From: Phascolarctobacterium succinatutens
GTDB taxonomy: Bacteria > Bacillota > Negativicutes > Acidaminococcales > Acidaminococcaceae
NCBI RefSeq assembly: GCF_958453765.1
Contig: NZ_CAUDZA010000007.1
Span: forward strand, 19,623 to 43,622
Direction of reading: 5' to 3'
Length of the DNA stretch: 24,000 bases
Shown piece by piece: positions 1 through 8,597 of this stretch (within the stretch, counting starts at the first letter, position 1; every line of letters starts with the position of its first letter). Below the pieces are notes generated by a model. That model saw only the letters and a program-made list of their open reading frames with translations, did not search any database and had not been told where the DNA came from. The translations under genes were made by a program, and so were the position numbers.

Positions 1-857
1 GTGCCGAGAGTATCAAACAAATCTACAAACATGAAGGAAAGCATGATTGTAATGAAGTTAAAGGTGAAGATAGCACTGAAGTCCAACTGCATGAATGTCG
101 GTGCCAAGCTGGGAACAGAAATGCCGTTAGCAAAGCTGGGCATAACGGAGAACATGCCGAGTTTCGGATTCGGTACATAAATACCGGTCAGCTCGCAAAT
201 CATGCCTAAGCCCCAGGTAACCAGAATACCTACGAGGATACCGCCGGGAACCTTTTTCGTCATCATTACAGCGGTCAGCAGAATACCGATAAGCGCCAGC
301 AAAGCACCGATACCGGTGGACCAGAAGGTGCCGTCTGCCAAAGCAGCCTTAAACGGATACAGACCAACGAGAGTCGGTCCGGCAACAACGAGCTTGGAAT
401 TCTGCAGGCCGATAAAGGTAATAAACAGACCGATACCGCTGGTAACACCGAACTTCAGCGCAGGCGGAATGGAGTTGAACAACGCTTCGCGCACCTTAGT
501 CAGGGACAGAACAATGAACAGAATACCTTCAACAAAAACTGCTGCCAACGCAACCTGCCAGCTGTAACCCATCTGTCCTACAACAGTATAAGCAAAAAAG
601 GCGTTCAGGCCCATACCGGGAGCAAGAGCAAAAGGATAGTTAGAGAACAGCGCCATGAGCAGAGTACCAAGGCAAGCACCCAAAGCAGTAGCGGTAAATA
701 CAGCGCCCGCATCCATACCGGCAGCACTTAAAATGCCGGGGTTAACAGCTAAAATATAAGCCATCGTCATAAAGGTGGTGATACCGGCAAGAATTTCTGT
801 GCGGACATCCGTCTGATGTTCCTTCAGGCGAAATGTTTTTTCCAAAAAGTCTGTCAT
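1..857 (-). CDS. NCS2/AzgA-family purine (guanine/hypoxanthine/adenine) permease, N-terminal ~285 codons; the 3' end runs off the left edge
   Basis: Absent from the ORF track because no stop lies inside the window. Minus-strand ATG at 857-855 sits 8 nt after GGAGG (870-866). The translation MTDFLEKTFRLKEHQTDVRTEILAGITTFMTMAYILAVNPGIL...APGMGLNAFFAYTVV...GIGLFITFIGLQ is collinear with PbuG/AzgA-type permeases as I remember them and contains many hydrophobic helices. Confidence 0.85.
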   Translation of the reverse strand, partial: MTDFLEKTFRLKEHQTDVRTEILAGITTFMTMAYILAVNPGILSAAGMDAGAVFTATALGACLGTLLMALFSNYPFALAPGMGLNAFFAYTVVGQMGYSWQVALAAVFVEGILFIVLSLTKVREALFNSIPPALKFGVTSGIGLFITFIGLQNSKLVVAGPTLVGLYPFKAALADGTFWSTGIGALLALIGILLTAVMMTKKVPGGILVGILVTWGLGMICELTGIYVPNPKLGMFSVMPSFANGISVPSLAPTFMQLDFSAIFTFNFITIMLSFMFVDLFDTLG

Positions 858-948
858 TATTATAGCCTCCTATGCTATCTATTTGCCCAAGCTGCAGGGC
901 CCGGGCACAATAATAAAGATTAAGACTGCCTGCACAGCCTTCAAGCCA

Positions 949-1809
949 TTAATATGTTAAAATCTCCGGACCGTTTTCTGTAATCAGAATCTGATGCTCC
1001 CATTGAGCGGAAAGACTGCCGTCACAGGTATAAACAGTCCAGTTATTGGCTTCGTCAACAAAGATATCTCTGTGTCCCATGTTAATCATCGGCTCAATAG
1101 TAAAAATCATTCCCGGTACAAGCACCATACCGGTTTTGCGTTTGCCTACATGGCAGACGAACGGATCCTCATGGAATTCTACACCAACGCCGTGGCCGCC
1201 GAATTCTTCGACAACGGAATAGCCGTGCTTATGTGCCAGCTTGGAAACAGCAGCTCCGATATCTCCCAGAAAACCCCAAGGCTGAGCTGCTTCAATACCG
1301 CGCAGCAGACATTGCTTGGTGATTGCAACCAAATCTGCAGCCGGCTTAGCAACCTTGCCAATCATAAACATACGGGATGCGTCAGCATAATAACCATTGT
1401 AAATAGTAGAAACGTCTACGTTTACAATGTCACCGCTGCGCAGCACGTCATGCTCGCTGGGAATGCCATGGCAAACCTGGTCATTGATAGAGGTACACAC
1501 GCTCTTCGGGAAACCCTCATAACCCAACGGTGCAGGGATAGCGTTATGCGCTACTGTATATTCGTAAACGATTCTGTCGATATCAGCAGTAGTCATACCT
1601 GCCTTAATATATTTGGCAACCTCATCCAATACACCGGTATTGATTTTGCAGGCTGCACGGATACCTGCAATCTGCTCCGGGGTTTTAATCATATCGCGGT
1701 CAGGAACCTCGCAGCCCTGAGCCTGCAGCAACGCAATTTTGGCATCATTCATTTTGTGGCAATCTGCATACGCTTTACCGCTGCCACACCAACATAATTC
1801 TTGGTCCAA
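949..1809 (-). CDS. map: Type I methionine aminopeptidase with N-terminal SEC-C zinc-binding motif
   Basis: Track ORF 949..1818. SEC-C motif CWCGSGKAYADCH is followed by the MetAP fold with metal-ligand contexts (NVDVS...YYADASRMF, GHGVGVEFHE, FTIEPMI, QWEHQI). The GTG at 1818 overlaps the AAGGAG SD (1823-1818), so I place the start at TTG 1809, which gives 8-nt spacing. Confidence 0.9.
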   Translation of the reverse strand: MDQELCWCGSGKAYADCHKMNDAKIALLQAQGCEVPDRDMIKTPEQIAGIRAACKINTGVLDEVAKYIKAGMTTADIDRIVYEYTVAHNAIPAPLGYEGFPKSVCTSINDQVCHGIPSEHDVLRSGDIVNVDVSTIYNGYYADASRMFMIGKVAKPAADLVAITKQCLLRGIEAAQPWGFLGDIGAAVSKLAHKHGYSVVEEFGGHGVGVEFHEDPFVCHVGKRKTGMVLVPGMIFTIEPMINMGHRDIFVDEANNWTVYTCDGSLSAQWEHQILITENGPEILTY

Positions 1810-1919
1810 AGAAAACACTCCTTATCTAAATAATTGTTACAACTTGTACATTACAACCTTATGACTTCTATTTTACCACATATTTAAGGGAAAAATCACA
1901 TTTTTAGCTTAAAATTCTC

Positions 1920-1948
1920 TTACAACGTTCGGTTTTTTGTGTTAAAAT
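1920..1948 (+). promoter_or_regulatory. Putative sigma-A promoter for dedA
   Basis: TTACAA (1920-1925), 17-nt spacer, TAAAAT (1943-1948), with TGT immediately upstream (extended -10). It lies about 35 nt upstream of ATG 1986. Confidence 0.4.
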
Positions 1949-1985
1949 TATTTTATATGACTCAATGTTAAGAAAGGAAATTTTT

Positions 1986-2630
1986 ATGGAAGCATATGCA
2001 ATGTATTTTATCGATTTAATTCTGCACCTGGACAAGCATCTGCCGGAAATTATGATGGCCTATGGTCATCTGATTTACGCCATCCTATTCATGGTAGTGT
2101 TCTGCGAAACCGGTCTGGTAGTCACCCCGTTTTTACCGGGCGATTCGCTGCTTTTCGCCTGTGGCGCCCTTGCCGCTGCCGCACCCGAAGGCATGGATAT
2201 AAAAATTATCGTGCCCATCTTTTTAGTTTCGGCTGTGCTGGGCGACGCCTGCAATTATATGATAGGCGAGCATCTCGGTATGCACATGATTAAGAAAAAT
2301 ATCATTAAGAAGGAGCATGTCGACAAGGCCAGCGCATTTTATGACAAGCATGGTCATAAGGCTATTTTCCTAGCCCGCTTCGTGCCGATTGTTCGCACCT
2401 TTGCACCCTTCGTTGCCGGCATCGGCAAGATGCACTACCTGACCTTTGCTCATTACAATGTCATCGGTGCCGTAGTGTGGGTATTTCTCTTTGTCGGCGG
2501 CGGTTACTTCTTCGGTAACATCCCTGCCATCAAGCATAATTTTACGCTGGTAACTTTTGGCATCATCGTCTTCTCCCTGCTGCCTGTATTATATGAATTC
2601 GTAGGCAAGAAAATTTTAGGCAAGAAATAA
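1986..2630 (+). CDS. DedA/SNARE-associated family inner-membrane protein
   Basis: Track ORF 1965..2630. I prefer ATG 1986 because AAAGGA lies 8 nt upstream, whereas ATG 1965 has no SD. Signature stretches are FCETGLVVTPFLPGDSLLF and FLARFVPIVRTFAPFVAGIG, with several hydrophobic helices. Confidence 0.8.
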   Translation: MEAYAMYFIDLILHLDKHLPEIMMAYGHLIYAILFMVVFCETGLVVTPFLPGDSLLFACGALAAAAPEGMDIKIIVPIFLVSAVLGDACNYMIGEHLGMHMIKKNIIKKEHVDKASAFYDKHGHKAIFLARFVPIVRTFAPFVAGIGKMHYLTFAHYNVIGAVVWVFLFVGGGYFFGNIPAIKHNFTLVTFGIIVFSLLPVLYEFVGKKILGKK

Positions 2631-2653
2631 GAAGGTCTTGGAATTTTGGTAAC

Positions 2654-2677
2654 AGGCTCTCCCCAAGGAGAGCCTTT
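2654..2677 (+). terminator. Hairpin after dedA (weak intrinsic terminator)
   Basis: AGGCTCTCC (2654-2662), loop CCAA, GGAGAGCCT (2667-2675), a perfect 9-bp stem. Only two T residues follow, so the U-tract is poor. Confidence 0.35.
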
Positions 2678-2733
2678 ACACAGTTAAACTCCAAAGTACA
2701 TATATAAATTTTAAAAATTGAGGGTGATTTAAA

Positions 2734-3771
2734 ATGACTTATCGTTTTAACAGTGATTACACCGAAGGCTGCCATCCTGCAGTCCTTGAAAAACTCGTGC
2801 AAACCAACATGGAGCAGACCGATGGCTACGGCCTTGATCCCTACTGCGACGAAGCACGTAAATTGATTAGAGAATCCTTCGCCTGCCCGAACGCTGACGT
2901 ACATTTTCTCGTTGGTGGCACCCAAACCAACCTGACGGTTATCTGCGCCGCCTTGCGTCCGCATCAGGCTGTTTACGGCGCTGTTCCCAGCCATATTAAT
3001 ACGCATGAGGCCGGTGCGATTGAGCATGTAGGTCACCGCGTACTGCCACTTCCGAGCGAGGACGGCAAGCTAACCGCAGAGCAAATCCGCCACGAATGGA
3101 AAATGTACGATACTGATCCAAGCCGTGAGCATTGGGCACAGCCGAAAATGGTTTATATCTCCCAACCGACTGAAATCGGCAGCATGTACAGCAAAAAAGA
3201 GCTGCAGGATTTATACCAGGCCTGCAAGGACTGCGGTCTTTACCTCTTTGTTGACGGCGCACGCTTAGGCTATGTTCTCGGCGCTCCCGACAACGATATG
3301 ACTGCTGCGGATTTAGCAGCAAACTGCGACGTTTTCTATATCGGCGGCACCAAATGCGGCCTGCTCTTCGGCGAAGCAGTTGTTATTTTGAACGATGCAC
3401 TTAAGCCTGACTTCCGCACTATTGCTAAGCAATGCGGTTCTATCATGGCCAAAGGACGTCTGCTCGGCGTACAGTTTGGCGCAATTATGAAAGATGACCT
3501 TTACAGCAAAATCTGCGGTAAGGGCACACTGCAGGCGCTGAAAATCCGTGATGCACTGTTAGCCAAAGGCTTCAAGTTCGTTACTGAATCCCCCACCAAC
3601 CAGCAATTTGTGATTATGACTCCGGCACAGTTTGAAAAGCTGAGCGAGGAATTTGCTCTCAGCCACATTGCTTATCTGGAGGACGGCAATTACAGCGTGC
3701 GCATCTGCACCAGCTGGGCAACCAAGGACGAAGAGGTTGACAGACTCATTGCTATGATCAACAAGCTGTAA
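2734..3771 (+). CDS. PLP-dependent threonine aldolase / beta-eliminating lyase family enzyme
   Basis: 345 aa, with GAGGGTG SD 8 nt upstream. N-terminus FNSDYTEGCHPAVLEKL...GYGLDPYC and the putative PLP-lysine context YIGGTKCGLLFGEAVV match the low-specificity threonine aldolase-like fold-type I family as I recall it. Confidence 0.7.
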   Translation: MTYRFNSDYTEGCHPAVLEKLVQTNMEQTDGYGLDPYCDEARKLIRESFACPNADVHFLVGGTQTNLTVICAALRPHQAVYGAVPSHINTHEAGAIEHVGHRVLPLPSEDGKLTAEQIRHEWKMYDTDPSREHWAQPKMVYISQPTEIGSMYSKKELQDLYQACKDCGLYLFVDGARLGYVLGAPDNDMTAADLAANCDVFYIGGTKCGLLFGEAVVILNDALKPDFRTIAKQCGSIMAKGRLLGVQFGAIMKDDLYSKICGKGTLQALKIRDALLAKGFKFVTESPTNQQFVIMTPAQFEKLSEEFALSHIAYLEDGNYSVRICTSWATKDEEVDRLIAMINKL

Positions 3772-3773
3772 GC

Positions 3774-3801
3774 TTGACAGAAAACGTAAATTTGCTATAA
3801 T
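3774..3801 (+). promoter_or_regulatory. Near-consensus sigma-A promoter directly after the aldolase stop codon
   Basis: TTGACA (3774-3779), 16-nt spacer, TATAAT (3796-3801). No protein-coding ORF with an SD follows it. Confidence 0.5.
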
Positions 3802-3807
3802 AAAAAT

Positions 3808-3902
3808 AAAGAGAGACTCTGACAGTCGCGTGTCAGCCCTCTCTGTTGATTGTTGTTATTTGACAAAAGGCTGACATTGACCTCTAATGTCGGTCTTTTG
3901 TT
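3808..3902 (+). ncRNA. Candidate ~95-nt sRNA (possible type I antitoxin), convergent with the small toxin-like ORF
   Basis: It is bounded by the promoter above and the hairpin plus T-run at 3869-3902. An internal two-tier hairpin pairs AGAGAG/CTCTCT (3810-3815 with 3839-3844) and CTGACA/TGTCAG (3819-3824 with 3831-3836). The ends are inferred, not measured. Confidence 0.3.
3869..3895. terminator. Bidirectional intrinsic terminator shared by the sRNA candidate (+) and the small peptide gene (-)
   Basis: GGCTGACATT...AATGTCGGTC hairpin with G-U pairs. It is flanked by ACAAAA upstream and CTTTTGTT downstream, so a U-run follows the stem on both strands. Confidence 0.55.
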
Positions 3903-3917
3903 ATATTGTAAGCAAAA

Positions 3918-3995
3918 TTACTTACGTTTAGACATAATGGTCGCAACAAGCAAACCAAATGTTAACATTATCTGTAACGCTTCGGCTACTCTCAT
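3918..3995 (-). CDS. 25-aa hydrophobic peptide, Hol-Tox-like (putative holin-like / type I toxin)
   Basis: Not in the ORF track because it is too short. GGAGG (4007-4003), 7 nt, then ATG at 3995. Translation is MRVAEALQIMLTFGLLVATIMSKRK, ending in TAA. The pattern polar N-terminus + EAL-x-(I/L)M-x2-FG + hydrophobic helix + basic tail matches what I recall of the Firmicutes 'putative holin-like toxin' family (Pfam Hol_Tox). It has its own promoter and terminator. Confidence 0.55.
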   Translation of the reverse strand: MRVAEALQIMLTFGLLVATIMSKRK

Positions 3996-4002
3996 GCTCC
4001 CA

Positions 4003-4016
4003 CCTCCTTACGGAGG
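4003..4016 (-). promoter_or_regulatory. SD-sequestering hairpin in the 5' UTR of the peptide mRNA
   Basis: The minus-strand RNA reads CCUCC-GUAA-GGAGG. The 3' arm is the SD itself, the 5' arm is a perfect anti-SD, and the loop is a GNRA tetraloop. Confidence 0.5.
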
Positions 4017-4043
4017 AACCGACCTGTCAGAATCTCTAGTGTT

Positions 4044-4072
4044 ATTATAACAGCTATCTTATTTGTTGACAA
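4044..4072 (-). promoter_or_regulatory. Sigma-A promoter for the small peptide gene
   Basis: On the minus strand: TTGTCA (4072-4067), 17-nt spacer, TATAAT (4049-4044). It lies about 40 nt upstream of the ATG. Confidence 0.55.
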
Positions 4073-4090
4073 TATGTTCGCAAAAATAAA

Positions 4091-4118
4091 AAGACGGTTG
4101 CTCGACCGTCTTTTTTAT
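4091..4118. terminator. Bidirectional intrinsic terminator downstream of alaX
   Basis: AAGACGGT (4091-4098), loop TGCTCG, ACCGTCTT (4105-4112), then TTTTATTTT. An A-run precedes the stem, so it works on both strands. It lies 11 nt past the alaX stop. Confidence 0.7.
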
Positions 4119-4128
4119 TTTGCTCTTT

Positions 4129-5328
4129 TTACTTCAACTTTTCTACAACGCTCTGCAGCTTTTCCTGCCAGTCGGCGCAATAATCCGCACCGCCCTGCGC
4201 GCAATCGCTCTTGCCGCCGCCACGGCCGCCAAAGGCTTCGTTGAGCAGCTTAATAACACTACGGCAATCGCCTGCAGTATCAGCCCCCAAAGCAACTGCG
4301 TAGCTGATGCGCTCAGGCTGCACTGCTACCAAAAGGCTCAGCGTGTTTTTCAAGGCAGTAACCTTCGGCAGAAAGGCTTTGATATCCTTGGCATCGTGAC
4401 CTTCCATAGGCAAAGCCAAAACCTTTACTCCATCAGCATTCACCGGTGCAGCAGCAAACGTTTCCTGCAGCTTTTCTTCTTCAATCTTCAGCAGCTTGCT
4501 CTTGGCAATGTCAAGCTGTGCAAGCAAATCATTTTTCTGCTTATTTACGGCAGCAGGCACCTGCTCGGGCTTTACGGAAAGACTTGCAGCGACGCTAAGT
4601 AATGTGCTGTTCTTGGCATCAGCATCCAATAGCGCTCTGCGGCCGCAGACAAACTCTACGCGGCAACCACCCTTATGCTTTTCATGACGGATGACCTTAA
4701 CACTGCCCAGCATCCCTGTAAATGGTGGATGCGTACCACAGCAGGTGCAGATATCGGCGTCCTCAACCGAAACAATACGCAACGTGCCTGTCAGCTTGCT
4801 GTTGAACTTACGCATTTTATCCTTCAGCTTGACAGCCTCTGTGCTGTCCATATAGCTGATATGTACCGGGCGATTCTCCCAGATGATTTCATTCGTATAT
4901 AATTCTGCCTGCAGCAGCTCCTCGTCCGTCAGCTCCTTATCAAGGTCAATGAAAACATCATCCTCATTCATGTGGAAGCCGATATTGTTGGCCTTAAACA
5001 GCTTCCAGCAGGCGTAGGACAAAAGATGCTCGCCCAAATGCTGCTGCATTCTGTCCAGACGCACAGGCCAGTCCAGCACAGCCTCTGCCTCGGCACCAAC
5101 CTCCAACGGCTTGTCGCACTCATGGTAAATGTGACCATCCTTTTCACTTACATGGCTTACGACCGCATCAGCCAGCTTGCCTCTGTCGCTCAGCTGACCG
5201 CCTCCCTCCGGAAAGAAAACCGTCTGGTCAAGCTCAACCAGATATTTGCCATCCTTAGGCGTGCAGGCCGTAACCTTCGCCACGCACTGTTTGAGCAAAG
5301 AATTATTTTCAAAAAGCTTAATTGTCAT
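4129..5328 (-). CDS. alaX: AlaX-L type alanyl-tRNA editing protein (AlaRS second additional domain + DHHA1-like C-terminus)
   Basis: 399 aa, with GAGGGGG SD. Zinc/editing motifs HxxxH (HLGEHLL) and CxxxH (CCGTH) are present in the expected order, followed by a C-terminal GGRGGGK stretch typical of the DHHA1 region. Confidence 0.75.
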   Translation of the reverse strand: MTIKLFENNSLLKQCVAKVTACTPKDGKYLVELDQTVFFPEGGGQLSDRGKLADAVVSHVSEKDGHIYHECDKPLEVGAEAEAVLDWPVRLDRMQQHLGEHLLSYACWKLFKANNIGFHMNEDDVFIDLDKELTDEELLQAELYTNEIIWENRPVHISYMDSTEAVKLKDKMRKFNSKLTGTLRIVSVEDADICTCCGTHPPFTGMLGSVKVIRHEKHKGGCRVEFVCGRRALLDADAKNSTLLSVAASLSVKPEQVPAAVNKQKNDLLAQLDIAKSKLLKIEEEKLQETFAAAPVNADGVKVLALPMEGHDAKDIKAFLPKVTALKNTLSLLVAVQPERISYAVALGADTAGDCRSVIKLLNEAFGGRGGGKSDCAQGGADYCADWQEKLQSVVEKLK

Positions 5329-5456
5329 TTTTTATTCCCCCTCATGAAATCTATCTGTCTCTAATAACCATTATTGTATCACTAATTTGCTAAAGTGTGT
5401 TATAATCAGTTATACAAGTCCAAAAAAATTCTATTGAAGCGAATAAGGAGCAATAA

Positions 5457-6119
5457 ATGTTTCAAAATTTACTCTTTGATTTAGACGGTACCCTGACAAA
5501 TTCCGCCGAGGGTATCACCAAATGCGTACAATATGCCCTGCGCGCTCAAAATATTGAAGAGCCTGATTTGAAAAAGCTGGAGGTTTTCATCGGTCCGCCT
5601 CTGCGCGACAGCTTTATCAAATACTACGGCATGACCAGAGAAGAGGCTGAGGCCGGTGTAGAAAAATATCGTGAACGCTACACTGATATAGGCATCTGGG
5701 AAAACAAGGTTTATCCCGGTATCATGGAGCTCTTAGCTGACTTGCAGCAGGATGGCCGCCGCCTCGGCATGGCTACCGCCAAGCCGGAGGTTTTTGCGCT
5801 GAGAATTGCCAAACGCTTTGGCTTCAACCCCTATCTGGAAGATATTACCGGCTGCAGCCTGGACGGCAAAACCGATAAGAAAGCTTTAGTAGTTGCTGCC
5901 GCTCTGGAAAAATGGCAGCTTACTACACCAGAAGCTAAAAAGACTGTAGCACTTATCGGCGACCGCCGTGAAGATGTTCTTGCAGCTCACGCCAACGGCA
6001 TCGCCTGCATCGGCGCAGGCTTCGGCTTCGGCAGCTACGAGGAATTGTCGGAGGCAGGTGCCGATTACTATGTTTCTGATGTCCCGGCCTTAGCACGCTT
6101 TCTGCTGAGCAAAGCGTAA
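5457..6119 (+). CDS. HAD-IA family hydrolase (phosphoglycolate phosphatase-like)
   Basis: 220 aa, with AAGGAG SD. HAD motif I is FDLDGTLTNS, motif II is in MATAKP, and motif III/IV is around KK...IGDRREDV. Confidence 0.8.
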   Translation: MFQNLLFDLDGTLTNSAEGITKCVQYALRAQNIEEPDLKKLEVFIGPPLRDSFIKYYGMTREEAEAGVEKYRERYTDIGIWENKVYPGIMELLADLQQDGRRLGMATAKPEVFALRIAKRFGFNPYLEDITGCSLDGKTDKKALVVAAALEKWQLTTPEAKKTVALIGDRREDVLAAHANGIACIGAGFGFGSYEELSEAGADYYVSDVPALARFLLSKA

Positions 6120-6151
6120 GAACGAATTTAACACGCAAAGGTGATAATATT

Positions 6152-6844
6152 ATGCATATTTACGCAATCGGTGACCTGCATTTATCAGGCGAACCGGCGA
6201 GCAAGCCCATGGAGGTTTTCGGCGAGCATTGGCGCAACCATAAAGAAAAGGTTGCCGCTAATTGGCAAAACACCGTAACCGCACAGGATACAGTCATTGT
6301 CTGCGGTGACATTTCCTGGGCCATGACTTTGGAAGAAGCAGCACAGGATTTAGACTGGCTGGCACAGCTTCCCGGTCGCAAGCTGCTGCTGCGCGGTAAC
6401 CACGACTACTGGTGGAGCAGCCTGAGCAAAATGCAGCAGCGTTACGGTGCTCATTTTGAATTTCTGCAGAACGACTGCATTATGGTAGAAGATATTGCTG
6501 TCTGCGGCACCCGCGGCTGGCTGCTGCCCTCAGCCGAAAGCTTCAGTGACGCCGACAGAAAAATTTACAATCGCGAAGGTATACGCCTGGAGCTTTCCCT
6601 GCAGCAGGCACATAAAATGCAGGCACAGCAGATAATTACGGCCTTTCACTATCCGCCGCTTTTTGCACGCACGGAGCATACCTGCTTTACTAATCTGATG
6701 CTGCGGTACGGTGTGCAGCACTGTGTCTACGGCCACATTCACGGTGAAAACCACATTCCCGTTTTTGAAGGATTGCGCGAAGGAATCAACTACAAGCTGG
6801 TTTCCTGCGATACGCAAGGCTTTCAGCTTTACAAGGTAATATAA
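6152..6844 (+). CDS. Calcineurin-like metallophosphoesterase
   Basis: 230 aa. Metallophosphoesterase motifs appear in the canonical order: GDLHL, GDISW, GNHDYW, GHIHG. Confidence 0.8.
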   Translation: MHIYAIGDLHLSGEPASKPMEVFGEHWRNHKEKVAANWQNTVTAQDTVIVCGDISWAMTLEEAAQDLDWLAQLPGRKLLLRGNHDYWWSSLSKMQQRYGAHFEFLQNDCIMVEDIAVCGTRGWLLPSAESFSDADRKIYNREGIRLELSLQQAHKMQAQQIITAFHYPPLFARTEHTCFTNLMLRYGVQHCVYGHIHGENHIPVFEGLREGINYKLVSCDTQGFQLYKVI

Positions 6845-6872
6845 CAGCGAAACTCCGCTTAGAAACAGACAG

Positions 6873-6906
6873 GCTCCCCTGAACGAATCGTTCAGGGGAG
6901 CTTTTT
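6873..6906 (+). terminator. Intrinsic terminator of the HAD/metallophosphoesterase unit
   Basis: Perfect 13-bp stem GCTCCCCTGAACG / CGTTCAGGGGAGC with loop AAT, followed by TTTTT. Confidence 0.85.
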
Positions 6907-6912
6907 GTATAC

Positions 6913-6945
6913 AAAAACAAGCCCTCGAATTTCTTCGAGAGCTTG
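6913..6945 (-). terminator. Intrinsic terminator of guaB
   Basis: Minus-strand RNA CAAGCUCUCGAA-GAAA-UUCGAGGGCUUG forms 12 bp including one G-U, followed by UUUUU. It lies 18 nt after the guaB stop. Confidence 0.75.
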
Positions 6946-6963
6946 CTATTTACGTTCATTTAA

Positions 6964-8475
6964 TTATTTAGGATAGTTGCTGTTGGAGTTTTCTTTCAGC
7001 ATAACGTCATGTGCGCCGCCTTCAACCAAGCTGGTTGCGGAAACCAGAGTCAGCTTAGCCTTCTCCTGCAGCTCGCGGATGTTCAGAGCACCACAGTTGC
7101 ACATGGTGGAACGAACCTTTGCCAAAGTCAGGTTTACGTTATCCTTCAGGCTGCCTGCGTACGGAACGTAGGAGTCAACGCCTTCTTCGAAGGACAGCTT
7201 AGCTGCGCCGCCCATGTCATAACGTTGCCAGTTACGTGCACGGCTGGAACCTTCGCCCCAGTATTCCTTCATGTAGGTGCCGTTAATGTTAACCTTGTTG
7301 GTCGGGCTTTCGTCGAAACGAGCGAAGTAACGGCCCAGCATCATGAAGTCAGCGCCCATAGCCAGAGCCAGAGTCATGTGGTAATCATAAACGATACCAC
7401 CGTCGGAGCATACAGGAATGTATACGCCGGTTTCTTCGAAGTATTCGTCACGAGCCTTGCAAACATCAATCAGAGCAGTTGCCTGGCCACGGCCGATACC
7501 TTTTTGTTCACGGGTAATGCAGATAGAACCGCCGCCGATACCAACTTTAATAAAGTCAGCGCCAGCCTCAGCCAGGAAGCGGAAGCCTTCAGCGTCTACT
7601 ACGTTGCCTGCACCAACCTTAACGCTGTCACCGTAGTGCTCACGGATCCAGTCCAGAGTGATTTTCTGCCATGCGCTGTAGCCTTCGGAAGAGTCAATGC
7701 AGAGCACGTCTACGCCTGCATCAATTAATGCGGGAACACGCTCAGCATAGTCGCGGGTGTTGATACCTGCGCCGACGATGTGGCGTTTTTTGCTGTCCAG
7801 CAGCTCTAACGGATATTCCTTATGAGTTGCATAGTCTTTACGGAATACCATGTACAGCATACGGCCGTCATCATCAACGATAGGCAGAGTGTTGAGTTTT
7901 TTCTCCCAGATGATATCGTTAGCCTGTTGCAGGGTGGTATCTTTCGGAGCGTAAACCATTTTGTCAATCGGAGTCATGAAGTCACGAACCTTAGCATCCA
8001 TAGACATACGGCTCGGACGATAGTCACGGCTGGTAACAATGCCTTCCAGCTTGCCGTTAGCGGTACCATCGCTGGTAACAGCAACAGTGGAGTGACCGGT
8101 GCGTTCCTTCAGTGCCAGGATGTCAGCCAGAGTGCTGTCCGGACGGATATTGGAGTCGCTGCTTACAAAGCCTGCGCGATAGCCTTTAACACGAGCAACC
8201 ATAGCAGCTTCATCCTCTACGGATTGAGAACCATAGATGAAAGAAACGCCGCCCTCTTTGGAAAGAGCTACAGCCAGCTTTTCTCCGGAAACAGCCTGCA
8301 TGATAGCAGAAACCATCGGGATGTTCATAGTAATTGCCGGTTCTTCACCTTTTTTGTATTTAACCAGCGGCGTACGCAGGTCTACATTGGCGGGGATACA
8401 TTTTTCGGAGGAATAACCGGGAACTAACAGGTACTCACTAAATGTGTGAGCAGGTTCATCATAATAAAAAGCCAT
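6964..8475 (-). CDS. guaB: IMP dehydrogenase
   Basis: 503 aa. It has a TIM barrel with an inserted CBS pair and the catalytic-Cys loop [20 protein letters not shown]. The C-terminal segment is [13 protein letters not shown]...EGGAHD. Confidence 0.9.
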   Translation of the reverse strand: MAFYYDEPAHTFSEYLLVPGYSSEKCIPANVDLRTPLVKYKKGEEPAITMNIPMVSAIMQAVSGEKLAVALSKEGGVSFIYGSQSVEDEAAMVARVKGYRAGFVSSDSNIRPDSTLADILALKERTGHSTVAVTSDGTANGKLEGIVTSRDYRPSRMSMDAKVRDFMTPIDKMVYAPKDTTLQQANDIIWEKKLNTLPIVDDDGRMLYMVFRKDYATHKEYPLELLDSKKRHIVGAGINTRDYAERVPALIDAGVDVLCIDSSEGYSAWQKITLDWIREHYGDSVKVGAGNVVDAEGFRFLAEAGADFIKVGIGGGSICITREQKGIGRGQATALIDVCKARDEYFEETGVYIPVCSDGGIVYDYHMTLALAMGADFMMLGRYFARFDESPTNKVNINGTYMKEYWGEGSSRARNWQRYDMGGAAKLSFEEGVDSYVPYAGSLKDNVNLTLAKVRSTMCNCGALNIRELQEKAKLTLVSATSLVEGGAHDVMLKENSNSNYPK

Positions 8476-8597
8476 TCTTTCATCATCCTTTTCTTAATAA
8501 TTTTTTTGTTTACCACAGCCAAAGCAACTGTTAATCATGTAACATAATTACTTGAAAAAATTGCCTTTCTGCGGTCCGAGTAGGTATTTTATCTATT

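Noticed and set aside
202-567. 121-aa plus-strand ORF at the left edge.
   Set aside because: It lies antisense to the clearly recognisable NCS2 permease reading frame (1-857, minus). It is proline/threonine-rich and has no SD.
858-948. An expected guanine riboswitch upstream of the purine permease. I also looked upstream of guaB (8476-8597).
   Set aside because: Only about 90 nt are available, and none of the conserved purine-riboswitch junction sequences are present. Only a weak hairpin and a CCCGGG-centred palindrome are visible.
3877-3907. A second possible antisense promoter facing into the small peptide ORF (TTGACC ... TGtTATATT).
   Set aside because: The spacer would be 19 nt, and the elements are embedded in the terminator hairpin. 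The consensus promoter at 3774-3801 is a much better candidate for the partner RNA. I keep this only as an alternative to test.
3850-4050. 66-aa plus-strand ORF in the aldolase-alaX gap.
   Set aside because: It has no SD and starts inside a terminator region. It simply reads antisense across the much better supported 25-codon peptide gene, its promoter and its hairpins.
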